DNA of 64,000 nucleotides from Haliotis cracherodii (lineage: Eukaryota), in NCBI RefSeq assembly GCF_022045235.1, contig NW_027266308.1, forward strand, positions 61,132,001 to 61,196,000. The letters run 5' to 3'. The position numbers and the translations under genes were made by a program. Position 1 is the first letter of the stretch; every line of letters starts with the position of its first letter. Of the stretch, positions 1 through 12,039 are shown in pieces. The notes beneath the pieces were generated by a model, which worked only from the letters and a program-made list of their open reading frames with translations, had not been told where the DNA came from and did not search any database.

Positions 1-66
1 CTCTAGAATGCAGATCCGGGTCTCTATGGAGGACACATGACGTGTGTTGTGTAATAGCTTAGAATC

Positions 67-223
67 NNNNNNNNNNNNNNNNNNNNNNNNNNNNNNNNNN
101 NNNNNNNNNNNNNNNNNNNNNNNNNNNNNNNNNNNNNNNNNNNNNNNNNNNNNNNNNNNNNNNNNNNNNNNNNNNNNNNNNNNNNNNNNNNNNNNNNNNN
201 NNNNNNNNNNNNNNNNNNNNNNN
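67..223. other. Assembly gap (157 N)
   Basis: Run of N bases; ORFs spanning it are artefacts. Confidence 0.99.
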
Positions 224-728
224 TGTCAAACTTAGAAACTGCCGGGCATAGAAAAGTATACACCCATGTTTTATAGTGGCTAAAAGTGAAACAAACAAGA
301 AATGGTTATTGGATGGTGATGTATTTGATACGGATATTGCAGTTGTGTTTTGGACCTTAAGTTAACTATGTTTCGGAGACTGTTTTTAGCCTACTAGTAA
401 TGTTTTGATAACGCTTGTAATTGTTTGGTCAAATCCATTTTTCAAGTGAAAACTTTCCGTTGCCAGGCACTCTATATCAGAAGTCATGGACATAGCTGAC
501 GTATATGAGACATAACTTCAGATTCGATTCAATTGGTCATTGTCGTGAAACCTTTGATCTCGATAACACTGACCGACTGGCTGGCTGTGGAACTAGACCC
601 GTGTTTACAGTTGACATAGATACATGTGACACGTGATTGATTAAATTTCATCAATATGTATTTAACAAAGATTGCACTGCGGTGGAAGCTCTGCGTCACG
701 AGGTAAACTACATGCACTTATTTAAATT

Positions 729-998
729 GGGGGGTACGGGGGTACGGGTGGCCCAGTCGCCTAAGGCGCTGCGATTCGCTGTGCAGAGTTGCGTCCCTTG
801 GGCACACCAGAAACCTATGAATGTGGGTTCGAATCCCGGTTCACCCCGATTGTTTCTAGGTTTGTCAGCTCGTGGGTTTCACCGAAGTGGTAAACGTCCG
901 AGACCTACATCACTTCGGGCTTTTCTCCCACATTAAACTGGCACGCCGTGATATAACTGGAATACTGTTAAAAGCGGCGTTAAATCCAACTCACTCAC
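729..998 (+). mobile_element. tRNA-derived SINE family A
   Basis: A-box TGGCCCAGTCG, B-box GGTTCGAATCC, body hairpin CCGAAGTG...CACTTCGG, tail GGAATACTGTTAAAAGCGGCGTTAAA-(ACTC)n; six copies in the window. Confidence 0.85.
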
Positions 999-1482
999 CC
1001 CTTAATGCCATCAGTGTAATCATGTATGGCTGTTGACATTATTGTATGTGTGTAATTTCATATATACTACTAGGTCCACATTAACGAAAATGAATTTCTG
1101 CAAGTGTAATTTTTAATCACACTTACGCATGTATGTCACATGAAGGTTTTTGCTTCGTGATAATCAATGCTGATATGTCTACACATGGTCGGATGTTCAA
1201 AACAGACCCCCGCTGTTTGACATCGGTGGCCGAGCTGGCTTAACGACCCTTACTTTTTATTTTTATCAGAATTCCATTTTAACCATGACGTCATTTTAAG
1301 GTGCGAGGAAAGCCCATGAGAAATCATGTTCCAGGTGAAACAACAATGGCGCTTACAACAGAGGGTAATAAGCAGTGTTCATCAGGGATTCGAACCCAGT
1401 TGATTCTTGAGGCAATACTCGAAAGAGACACTGTGACGGCCCTGTCATTGAACACTGCCATCAGCATGGGCATGTTTATGTG

Positions 1483-1868
1483 TGTGAGGTGAGGTGAGGT
1501 GAGGTGAGGTGAGGTGAGGTGAGGTGAGGTGAAATGGGGCTTAATGTCGCGTGCGTGCGTGCGTGCATGCATGCGTGCGTGCGTGCGTGCGTGTGCTTGT
1601 ACTAGTCCGGACTAATGCCGGTTTGATAGTGCTAGCCCACTGAGATACCATGCATCAGTTTAACATCGATACCCACCCCAGACATTGTATACTCCACCAT
1701 ATATATGTACAGTAAATGAGCCCAGCCGACCAGTCCTTGTTTTATCCAGAGCTCCAGGCAGGGTAATAACACGTATCATCGTTTAAGTCATTTTGTATGT
1801 ATAGCGGCCGAGGATGGAACACCCACCTTCCTCTCAAGGTAGACGCTATTTCCACTAGACCATGGAAG
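1483..1868 (-). mobile_element. SINE family D with expanded (GTGAG)n tail and (GTGC)n internal repeat
   Basis: Reverse-complement match to 24106-24446. Confidence 0.75.
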
Positions 1869-2211
1869 TAATCGTTTACCTGTGTACAATACACACACGT
1901 GTCTATACACATACAGTGCTGGTCCCTTGTTTGACGCTGCAGGGTTTGTTGTGGTTTGTTTGTTTGTTTGTTACGCCGCTATAAGTTATAAAGGTAAGTT
2001 CTATTACTCTTCTAGTTTCACAAACAATAAGAGTTATAACAGTAAGTTCTATTACTCTTATAGTTTCACAAACCATGAAAAAACACATAACCTAATGTGG
2101 CAAAGAAATACATTTTTCAGCATAATGAGTTACATGTGAAACTATAAGCGTAATAATAGAAGTGTAAGAGGCGACTAACAGGATCGGGTGTATTTGTTTG
2201 TTTGTTGTTTA

Positions 2212-2495
2212 GTGAGTGAGTGAGTGAGTTGGGTTAAACGCCGCTTTTAACAGTATTACAGTTATATCACGGCGTGTCAGCTTAATGTGGGAGGAAAGCC
2301 CGAAGTGATGCAGGTTTCAGACGTTTACCACTTCGGTGAAACCCACGAGCACGGGTATGGTGCTGACAAACCTAGAAACATAATTGGGGAGAACCGGGAT
2401 TCGAACCCACAATCATAGGTTTCTGGCGTGCCCAAGGGACGCAACTCTGCACAGCGATTCGCGGCGCCTTAGACGACTGGGCCACCCGTGCCCCC
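2212..2495 (-). mobile_element. SINE family A, inserted into a family B tail
   Basis: Full length; perfect 13-bp TSD TGTTTGTTGTTTA (2199-2211, 2496-2508). Confidence 0.9.
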
Positions 2496-2616
2496 TGTTT
2501 GTTGTTTAACGCCGCACTCGGCAATATTCCAGCTATATGTAAATAATCGAGTTTGGACCAGACACTCCAATGATTGACATCATGAGCATCGATCCATGCA
2601 ATTTGGATACGATGAC

Positions 2617-2906
2617 GTGTGTGTGTGTGTGTGTGTGTTGTGTGACTGCATGTACTGGTCCGGACTGATGCCGATGTATAGTGCTAGGCCACTGAGATAC
2701 CATGCCGCAGTTTAACATGAATACCCCACTCAGACACAGTATACGGACTCCGAGCCGACCAGTCCTTGCCGCTTAATGTCGAGCGCCAGATAGGGTAACA
2801 ACAAGTACCATCTTTTAACGTCTTTTGGTATGACGCGGTCGGGGATCGAAACCCGGACATTCCGCTCTCCGGGCGGACGCTCTACCATTAGACCACGAGG
2901 CGGTCC
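2617..2906 (-). mobile_element. SINE family D (3' part lost at the (GT)n tract)
   Basis: Well-preserved head (GGACCGCCTCGTGGTCTAATGGTAGAGCGTCCGCCCGG...GGTTTCGATCCC) and central domain. Confidence 0.85.
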
Positions 2907-3043
2907 ACAGTAGGCTTAACATTTGATTACATCAACTTTAGCTTTTTGTGCTACGGCGAATCCACGTCAATATACCTTGTGTTACTATCAAACATTGATT
3001 AGTAATTATTAATCATCTTATATGTTATAATAAATAAGGATTA

Positions 3044-3213
3044 CTGTAAACTACGTTAACGTACACGCTTATAACGAACTGACGGATATAACGAAATTCT
3101 TTTTTGTCCCGACTATTTGCTGTCGTTTTGCTGTATATATGCTTGTAACGAACTACGGTTATAACGAACTAAAATTAGTGGTCCCTTTCGTTCGTTATAA
3201 CCGTAGTTTACTG
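3044..3213. mobile_element. Tc1/pogo-type MITE
   Basis: TA|C(T/A)GTAAACTACG...CGTAGTTTACTG|TA termini with internal TATAACGAA repeats. Confidence 0.65.
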
Positions 3214-4106
3214 TACTTTAACACACGTGACTGTAATTACCATTTATTACGCATTATTGTAATGAAAAAGGTTTTTTAATATTTGTACTTAAATTGTTTG
3301 TTTTTAGCTGTTTTATTCATGTGTACGACATTAACAGTGGATATTCTCACGACCATTCCAAACTGAAAAAAAACGTTATTTGTTCACTGATTGTAATGCA
3401 TATTTAACAACTGGGAGTTTCCGGACGACTCAAAATATTCCCGGACGTTAAATAGTAAGACATCCCCTTACCTAACTCTCTCTATATATATAAATGACAT
3501 GGGAGACAGTTTGATAGTGAAAAAAGGCACGCACTTTCGTTATTACAACCTGAACTTCGGACCCTCGACTATTGGGGACGTCCGGAGCTGACTGTCAACA
3601 AAATTCAAACGGCACACACTCAGTTCTCGTGTGATCAAAGAAACATTTCTCGGGACATACTCCCTTTCTTATCAATTAGTCGGTCAGTATGGTTGAATAG
3701 ATACCCTGCGTTTATGTATCTAAGATTAAGACTATGTAAGTTGTTCTATGTCCTTTGAGGCCTCGCGAGTTTACCGCTTGATTTACCACGCTTGTCGTCT
3801 AGCATTCACCTGCCGGTCTATATCGGCGTTGTCAAATACCGTTAGGAACGAGTCAGTATCTACCGTTATGTACTGTGACGGTGACCACTGTACCACTTAG
3901 TTTATGGGCTGAGTAATTATCTGAAAGATATAAACTAGGCGCCGGCTCTTGGGAGTACAATTCCTGGATTAACCATTCTATTCTTTCCATTTCTATATGT
4001 TCTAAGGGGGATTTCTCATACATATGCGAAAGAATGGAGTTTTCATTCAAATATATATATGGTTAATCGAAAACTGCGAGGACGGAAGATTTAAGTAACT
4101 GCGACC

Positions 4107-4310
4107 GAGTTTTGGTTGGGTGTGAATAGTATTCCAGTTATATCACGTCGTGACAGCTTAATGTTGGAGGAAAGCCCGAAGTGGTGCAGGTCTCAGACGT
4201 TTACCACTTCGGTGAAACCGACGAATGCTGACCCACAGTTTTTTGGGGTGCCCAAGGGACGCAACTCTGCACACCGAATTGCCAGCCTCAGACGAAGGGG
4301 TCACCAGTGT
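4107..4310 (-). mobile_element. SINE family A, internally deleted
   Basis: Matches family A tail, body and part of the head. Confidence 0.7.
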
Positions 4311-4817
4311 CTGGGGGATCGCTCGCCGCAAGATGTATTATGTTATAGAATTGGTTGAAAGAACGTGAAATGGTTTGGTTAGGCTGTTTTATGAGTTGAT
4401 GTCTGCCTCAAAGATGCCACTTTTGATGTTCTTACAGTGGAACTCTGGATATCTTAGTGGTTGATAGCATGAGCAACAATCAGTATGTGATGACTGGTTA
4501 GCTAGGTCATAGCACCCGAATATCTTTGAGCATGGACATCCACAGACAATGGATTTCGGCGACCTTTCGTTAGGAAATCTAGCATGTTCTTTGTTGCACA
4601 GAAACACATATTAAGTCGATCTTTATAATCAACAAACCTTTTTTAACATTGCTCTGCTCTATTCCAGAGTGGGGGCGATCGGTTAGCTGAGTGGTTAAGA
4701 AACAGGTTCAATTCCCCACGTGGGTACAATATGTGAAGCCCATTTCTTGTGTCTCGAGTTGTGATATGGCTGAAATATTGCTAAAAGCAGGGAATAACCA
4801 AACTCACTCACTATTCC

Positions 4818-5086
4818 GACCCCTGAAGATTCTGCCTAGAATAGGTCTTAGGCAACCCATGCTTGGCGTAAAAAGCGATTATGCTTGTCCTAAGGGGTGA
4901 CTGATGGGATCGGGTGGTCATGCTCGCTGACTTCGTTGATGCATGTCATCGTATCCAAAATATGTGGGTTGATGCTCATGATGTCAATCACTGGATTGTC
5001 TGGTCCAGACTTGATTATTTACGGACCGCTGTCATATAGCTGGAATATTGCTGAGAGCAGGGTTAAACAACAAACAAACGAACAAG
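4818..5086 (+). mobile_element. Short retroposon family B (non-tRNA structured head)
   Basis: Head ACCC.TGAAGA...GGTCTT..GCAACCCATGCTT, body GGATTGTCTGGTCCAGACT, tail GCTGGAATATTGCTGAG...GTTAAAC(AAAC)n; flanked by direct repeat CACTCACTATTCC. Confidence 0.8.
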
Positions 5087-5900
5087 CACTCACTATTCCA
5101 AAGGGCGCAAGAACACACCACACATTAGCTTACAGTGAGTCTCAACATTTTTTCAGCAGTGTTAGAGACACCAGGTATATGCTTTTCACATGTGGGATTG
5201 AACCCGGATTTTCTGCATTAACTACTGGGCTACCCCACTGCACAATGTACAAATGCTTGAGATACTACACTCTAAATGTACATGGACACATGCAAGTTAA
5301 CATCATGAACACATTTTGGTTGAAAGCCAACTGTACAAACAAATGAAAGCAAAATGTCTTTTAAACTTTATTCCAATATTTAGGCAAAAGCTTATTCTTT
5401 ACTATTCATAAACCGCCTTTCACGAAGTATATGAAAAAGTATAAAATAATACACAAAAGCCATAAAACTTTGAGACCGGTGGAATGACACAATATGTAAA
5501 AGAAATATATCTTGCTCAATCACAAACTGCTCTTCTCAACTGCTTTGTACTGAGCAGAGAGTAGAAATTATGCACTTCATTCACATTTGCAAAAATAAAA
5601 ATGGGTATTTTTATGATAAATATTTAAAATATCAAGGTCACTTTAGGGTGAAATGGGAGCAACTAAGATCCTCAGGTTGAGGTATGATGACTATCATATC
5701 TACCACATTTATGACATATATGAACTACAATATGTATGTGGTACATAATGATATATGATAAATCTACTTGACTGGATCCATACTCTCAATTCTATAAACA
5801 CTGGAAACTTAATGAGATCTCAGGGTTTTACCTTGACTCACAAAAGTGGGGTCTAGGAGACCCCAATGGATATTTTTAGGGTCCTTACAGACTTTATGAG

Positions 5901-6178
5901 TGGTTGAGTGAGTTTGGTTTAACGCCGCTTTTAACAGTATTCCAGTTATATCACAGCGCGTCAGCTTAATGTGGAGGAAAGCCCGAAGTGATACAGGTCT
6001 CAGACGTTTACCACTTCGGTGAAACCCACGAGCACTGGTATGGTGCTGACAAACCATGCAACATAATCGGGGCGAACCGGGATTCGAACCCACAATCATA
6101 AGTTCCCGGAATGGCCAAGGGACGCAACTCTACACAGCGAATCGCGACGCCTTAGACGACTGGGCCACCCTTGCCCCC
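5901..6178 (-). mobile_element. SINE family A
   Basis: Full length; 16-bp TSD TT(A/G)CAG(A/C)CTTTATGAG. Confidence 0.9.
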
Positions 6179-7139
6179 TTGCAGCCTTTATGAGGGTCCT
6201 GTAAATTAATGAAATGGTGTAGTGTACTGTATGTGTTGATAATTACTTTAGAGCCTGGAATGAATCAATGATCATGTGGTCACGATTGATGGATGAAATG
6301 AGAGATGCCCATAATTGCTCTTGAGGCATTAGGTACAATGAATATTATCGTGCATCCCTCGGATGCAGTATTCTTTTCTGCGTCCATTCTGTACATTTGT
6401 GTGTCAGGTAACACCCTGGATCTTGAGCTCACAGCATTTGTCCAATTAATTTTACAGCAAATAGCATATTGCGCACTACTGAACATGCTGAAGGCTTAAT
6501 AAGGATAAAAATGAGTTCCTATGTAAAATATCATATTTCACTTTGACAGTTCAACACTTCAGTTCTTACATGCGCTTATAAAAAACAGTGAAAGTGAAAG
6601 TGAAACTAAACAATAATCTTGTACAGAAGCACACAAGGCAGTCAACCCTGTCTCAAGACTCTCAATGAGCCATCACAGCATGATATATATATATATATAT
6701 ACTTCATAAACTTGTATAGTTTCCTTGTACATTTATTTTCGTTCATTAATCATGTGTTTGTGGACAAAAAAAACCATACCACTAGATATATTATTTTTCA
6801 TTACACCAAATCTGAAATAAATGTGAAGAGTATTTATAGTATCTAATAAACATACATAAGAGAAAATGTTATTTGTAGACATTGGGACAAGGAACATGAT
6901 AAACCTTTGAAGGAATAAGATTTTTTATCCTCAAAACTCAAAAATATTTACTATCTTGAGATCTTCATGTCCAACACAATACTCAGATTCTGCACACAAC
7001 ACAGACCACAAAGTGTGCTTCTGAAACATTTCACTAAAAGTTTCTAAAATGATGATAAAAGAGACATAACACCATGTCCAATATTTTTCATATCACAATA
7101 TCTCCTGTTTCATCTATAACAATCTTCATTATTTATTAA

Positions 7140-7511
7140 TACCGTAGTCAACGTAATGAGCATCCCGCTCTAATAGGCACCCACAACCTTATTTGCTAAT
7201 ATATTGGCTAGGGAACAATACCAATTAGCACCCCTTCTGATTGATCAATGTACACAAGACTTATTTATTTGTGTATAATATGCATATGTGTTATATGCAC
7301 CCTTCATTATGGGCAATTAAATTCTGGAAAACATATATGTCGTGTATAATACGCACAGACTTTTCTTTTGTATCATTTCAGGCTGTCAGCATAAACCACA
7401 AAATTTACGATCATTCAAATCTGTCTTTTTTCACCAAGATTATATTCTAATAAGAGCCCCCTATTTCTAATTTTGAGCACGCACGGGGTGCTTATTACGT
7501 TGAATAAGCTA
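7140..7511. mobile_element. Pogo-type MITE
   Basis: TACCGTAGTCAACGTAATGAGCATCCCG is inverted relative to CGGGGTGCTTATTACGTTGAATAAGCTA. Confidence 0.6.
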
Positions 7512-8003
7512 CATCATATCATATAATACATTAGTTTACTTTATCTTAAATTTACCTAGTGTAAAAGATATGTTCTTTATAGCAAAGAACATCATAACAA
7601 AGTATAATTCATAGAGAAACACATGTACCATGTTTCCCCTACATCTTCCAGATTTCTGAGTTTGAGGAATGATTGCCCCTGGTGTTAGCTTGTGTACTGT
7701 GTTGTCCACAAACCTTGTTACCATGAGACAGCTACAGTTGGAGACTACTGGCCTACCCAATAATACTGTACTAAACATACAGTCATACTGTATTCCGAAC
7801 ACCATGCTGTCTGCTGGAGAAAACACATGACTGTTTTCATCTCTCTTGGCATACGTTATAATAAGAGCATACCATCCTGCAAACTTGGGCTACAAAGGAG
7901 ATAACAGAGCCATCATGTCTAATACTTCATGGAGGAAGCATTGCAAGAGACAGATCTCTCATGAGATGTATTGTGTAGCCTGAATAGTGTCGGACCACAG
8001 ACT

Positions 8004-8533
8004 CCATCTTCCTAAGGCAAGGGAATTAACTGACTTTAAAAGTCCAGTTTCCATCCTTGCCGAACTAGGCTGGATTTTCTAGGCCTGATTGTATCGCTAC
8101 CAGTGGCTATTATGAGTTATGTCCCTTCTATGTCTGTCCTATAGAACAATCAGATTCCACCTCTCATATCACTTGCATTTGCTTCAAACAAAACGCTTCA
8201 AACAAAACGGTGACAATTATCTGATAGATAATCCAAATCCATATTGTGATAAAACAGGTCTTCCTTCGTGAAGTGCAAATCATGTGAGCACCTTATTTAA
8301 AAACATGAAAGGATTTGGAATATATCCCTTGACACCGAATTGGCAGCTTTGCAAATCCTGCAATTGACCGAAATCTGCACAGCAGTTGACAAAGCGGATG
8401 TTGATTTTGTTATGCGATTTGGATCGGACTCTGCATAGACTCATTAGCTCAGCTAAAATAACTCATAATTCCAGCGTAGTTCGTCAAGGGTGGAAACTGG
8501 ACTTTTATAGTCACTCCCTTGCCTTGTGAAGAT
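8004..8533. mobile_element. MITE (~530 bp, ~70-bp TIR), copy 1
   Basis: TIR ATCTTC..AAGGCAAGGGA...AAAAGTCCAGTTTCCA.CCTTG.CGAACTA.GCTGGA; colinear with 16515-17045. Confidence 0.8.
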
Positions 8534-9193
8534 TACAGACTCTGGCATTGGTGTAACTCAACAAACACACTCAACATTGGGATATACAGAAAACATTTCC
8601 ACTACCCTCAAAAAGCATTATTATACAAGAATTCTGACATACTTGTCCAATAAACATGATCAACAAAGAAACAAGCCTCTAAATCAAGAGGCTAATTAGG
8701 ATGAAAACATCACATTTAAAACAGAGCCCCCTCCCCGTAACAAATGCTTCAAGCACCAACTGGCCAATTATGCAACAGAGCAGTTCTATACATTGACTAC
8801 CATCAAAGAAAGGTATAAATATAGGAGGATCATTTAAACATAATGCATATAAAATGCTAATGTATCAATAACAGCTACAAACTAAAATCATCTGCACCAA
8901 TAACATCATAACTGCTTTTATGCAACGAAAAAGCAGTAAAATTGTTGAATTATATAGATACCTTAGATCTACGTTTATAAGCCATATATTCATTAATCCC
9001 TGTTTGGCAGAGAATGTAACAGTCTCTCCTCTAGGGCAATACATTTATTGTTAAACACAAGGGTTGGTAGGTCTGCCAAAAAAAACCAACATTCTTTAAT
9101 TAATTTGCAAAGCCATATTAAATGGAAATTCTCAAAATAATCAGAGATGATTAAAACTCATATGCAAATTCCCCACCAACTTTGCTCTGGAAG

Positions 9194-9357
9194 GGGGCTG
9201 TCGGGTAGCCTAGTGGTTAAAGCGTTCACTCGTCACGCCGAAGACCCAGGTTCGATACCCAACATGGGTACAATGTGTGAATCCCATCTCTGGTGTACCC
9301 CGCCATGACATTGCTGGAATATTGCTAAAAGCGGCGTAAAACCATACTTACTCACTT
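9194..9357 (+). mobile_element. Short tRNA-derived SINE family C (~165 bp)
   Basis: A-box TAGCCTAGTGG, B-box GGTTCGATACC, tail GCTGGAATATTGCTAAAAGCGGCGTAAAACCATACT(CACT)n; 10-bp TSD TCTGGAAGGG. Other copies at about 4671-4812(+), 39517-39676(-), 49878-50010(+), 54636-54731(+), 61960-62090(+). Confidence 0.85.
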
Positions 9358-12039
9358 ATTCTGGAAGGGTTAATGGGAAAGTGAAATATAATCCCTCAAT
9401 GCAATAAGCATCTTTAACAACTTTCATGAAGGTTCATCAATAATTCCTCATTTTGTCTTTTAACATGAGCGATAAATTCTTTACCTACAAATGATGACTT
9501 CTCTTCACTACATAAATGCTTGGCTGATCGTATCTACATGACTCAACAAGTAATATATCACACAATTACACACATAATTTCACTATGGTAACCATGGTAA
9601 TAGGAAGCTCAGACTCATCTTTGTAATGGCCTTCACAAAGAAACAAATGCTATCAAATGACCTTCATAACATGTGTACATCACAAGATGTGGTGTTTGAC
9701 AATCTCCATCAAATCGGATAGTTTACTTCGATATGATACTGTCTGCATGAAGATTCTAGCACACCACCACAAGAGGGTGTGCCCAGTGACTTTCTAACAC
9801 TGTCTAATCAGCCAAACAGTGTCTTGGCTTCTACATTCTCAGTAAAAGCAAGCAAGGATTCAAACATATCTGATTTCGGTATCTTGAAAACAAACTTAAA
9901 CGGACAGTTCCTAATGGAAATAATTAAAGCCACACCAGTATATTGTAGTGGATATTGTATACACCCTGTCGTTTCTGAACGCCATGACACCTACCTCCAA
10001 ATGAGTGTATCTACTGTGTGGGTTTTCTTTTGTCAAATATCCAACTTGCGAATCCACATGGTAAAGAAATGAAGTTCAATTATTCTAAAAATCTGACATC
10101 TGATTGACACAAGAACCACGCCTCCTTATGGAACTCGTCAGATTTTCCTACAGATATCAGAGTGATGTGAGTGTAATGAGGTTGGGCTGTTTGATCAAGC
10201 TGCTGTTTCGTTGTTTGCCTTGTTTCAGCACAGAACAGCACATACAGATACATGCTACAACATTTTGATTCTAAATCATGACATCATATACTCTAATAAA
10301 ACATGGATAATCGTAATCTGTAAATAAATACAACTCTTGAAAGCTCTGGTTCATGAAACCAAACAAGGAAACACTTAATCTGAGAAGCATACAATCACCA
10401 AGACAACGAAGAATGTAATAGTGTAATATAATGCCCTGATCTTGAAGATCCCAAATATCTTGGTTAATACTGATAAATAACACTGGGAAAACTGAAATAA
10501 ACCATTACATAACTGGATTTAAGCTCCAATATAATGAATATTACTTAATCAAATCGTACTATTCACTAGAAATGGCATATAAGCTTGAAAAACACCACAA
10601 AAGGGCGTCTGAAAACAATGTCACCAAAATAACAGCTTTGACAACTGTTTTGAAACAGGTTCAACTTCTGAGGTAGGATACCATCTATAGTTGGTACAGA
10701 TGTTTGCCAACATGATAATGATTACAATCAAATTATTTCAAATTTGGGAATATACTTGTCATCAATAATTACGCTTAAAACATTAAATATCAGGGAACTT
10801 GCCAACAGTATCCAAGATACAGAACTTAGACCTTGATATTTGTATGCTTGTATGCTTCGTCAATGTTTAGTAGAGTATTATTATAAATACTACACTTTTC
10901 CCTTATAAATACCAGTTTTATAACAACCTGTGTACTTCAAAATACACGTTTAAAAATAAAATAATTTTGTAAAATTTATGAATTAAAGGAATATCATGTA
11001 AATAATCACATTTACAAACTTGACAAACACAAAAAGAACAAAATCCATGTCCAAGCAAAACATGTCTAGAATCAATGCTTCTGGAACCAGTAACAAGAAC
11101 CCGTGGAATGCCTGTCTTTGGTACTTACTATGGAAAGTCAAATATCACGTCTGCTAAGACAAATACCATGATGAAAACGGGTGCTACTTGGCACTAGGCA
11201 ACTAACAACAGTCTATATGTTTAATGATGTTTATGTGGGCTTGAATTTCTCTTTTCAGAAGAATGTCCTAAGGCTTAAAAAAATAAAAGAATTGGTTCTC
11301 AGACGACTTTTGAAAATACAATGCAGGCAGGTGTTTTTTGTTGTTGTTGCTTGTTGAAACTAGTATGCAACCAAATAAACAGTTGTGTACCATCAACCTG
11401 GGACAGGGCCTCCCTACGTAAACAAGCATACAAACTCCTATTGCCGGCATGACCAAAACACGAGATCCGCAGCAAAGCAGTGCACATGTAAAGGGAAGTA
11501 ACTGTGTGCTATATTGGATCGCATTGTTTTTAAGTATTAGGATTTTGATTTTTTTTGAAAATGGAAAAAGAAATGAAACAAGCGGTGGACTTTATGATGA
11601 TGTGGGTGGTGCCTGAGAACCAAGACTATTATTTTTTTAGCCTAATGTTATTACTATTAAGGCTAGTAAATGGTTCAGGTGAATCTGCATCCCTGCAGAA
11701 CATGTATGATTGAAATCATATATTTGAAAGTTCAGAGATCATTGTCATTGGATGAAGAACACAGATCATGCATAAGCTTTCTACGGAATGGAAGCTGCAA
11801 AATGGAATTATGCAATATATTTACACTGGACTCAACGTAATCTACCGAGATGAAAGCATCTTTGAAAGCTTGTCATTATCTTTGATAACATAAAATGCAT
11901 GACTCAGTGAACAGGAAAGATCTGGCATTTCTACAGCAAAATTAACCAGGTACTGTATTCTGATTCAAACTGAAACCAGTGTCAGACAATTGAATATCAC
12001 ACAGAATGTTGATGGAAGAAAGATGTTTAAATGCATGTT

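Noticed and set aside
24-298. ORFs across the N run
   Set aside because: Artefacts of the assembly gap.
637-936. 99-aa ORF (also 4116-4358, 4897-5346, 5809-6099, 46147-46338, 48178-48396)
   Set aside because: These are chance translations of SINE copies.
9194-9266. Functional tRNA genes (also at about 738, 24106 and 2830-2906)
   Set aside because: These have A/B boxes but run on into SINE bodies and tails, often with TSDs, and lack a clean cloverleaf or oligo-T terminator.
5360-12039. Additional protein-coding gene
   Set aside because: Short ORFs show no motifs or consistent exon chain; likely a long 3' UTR or intergenic DNA with repeats.
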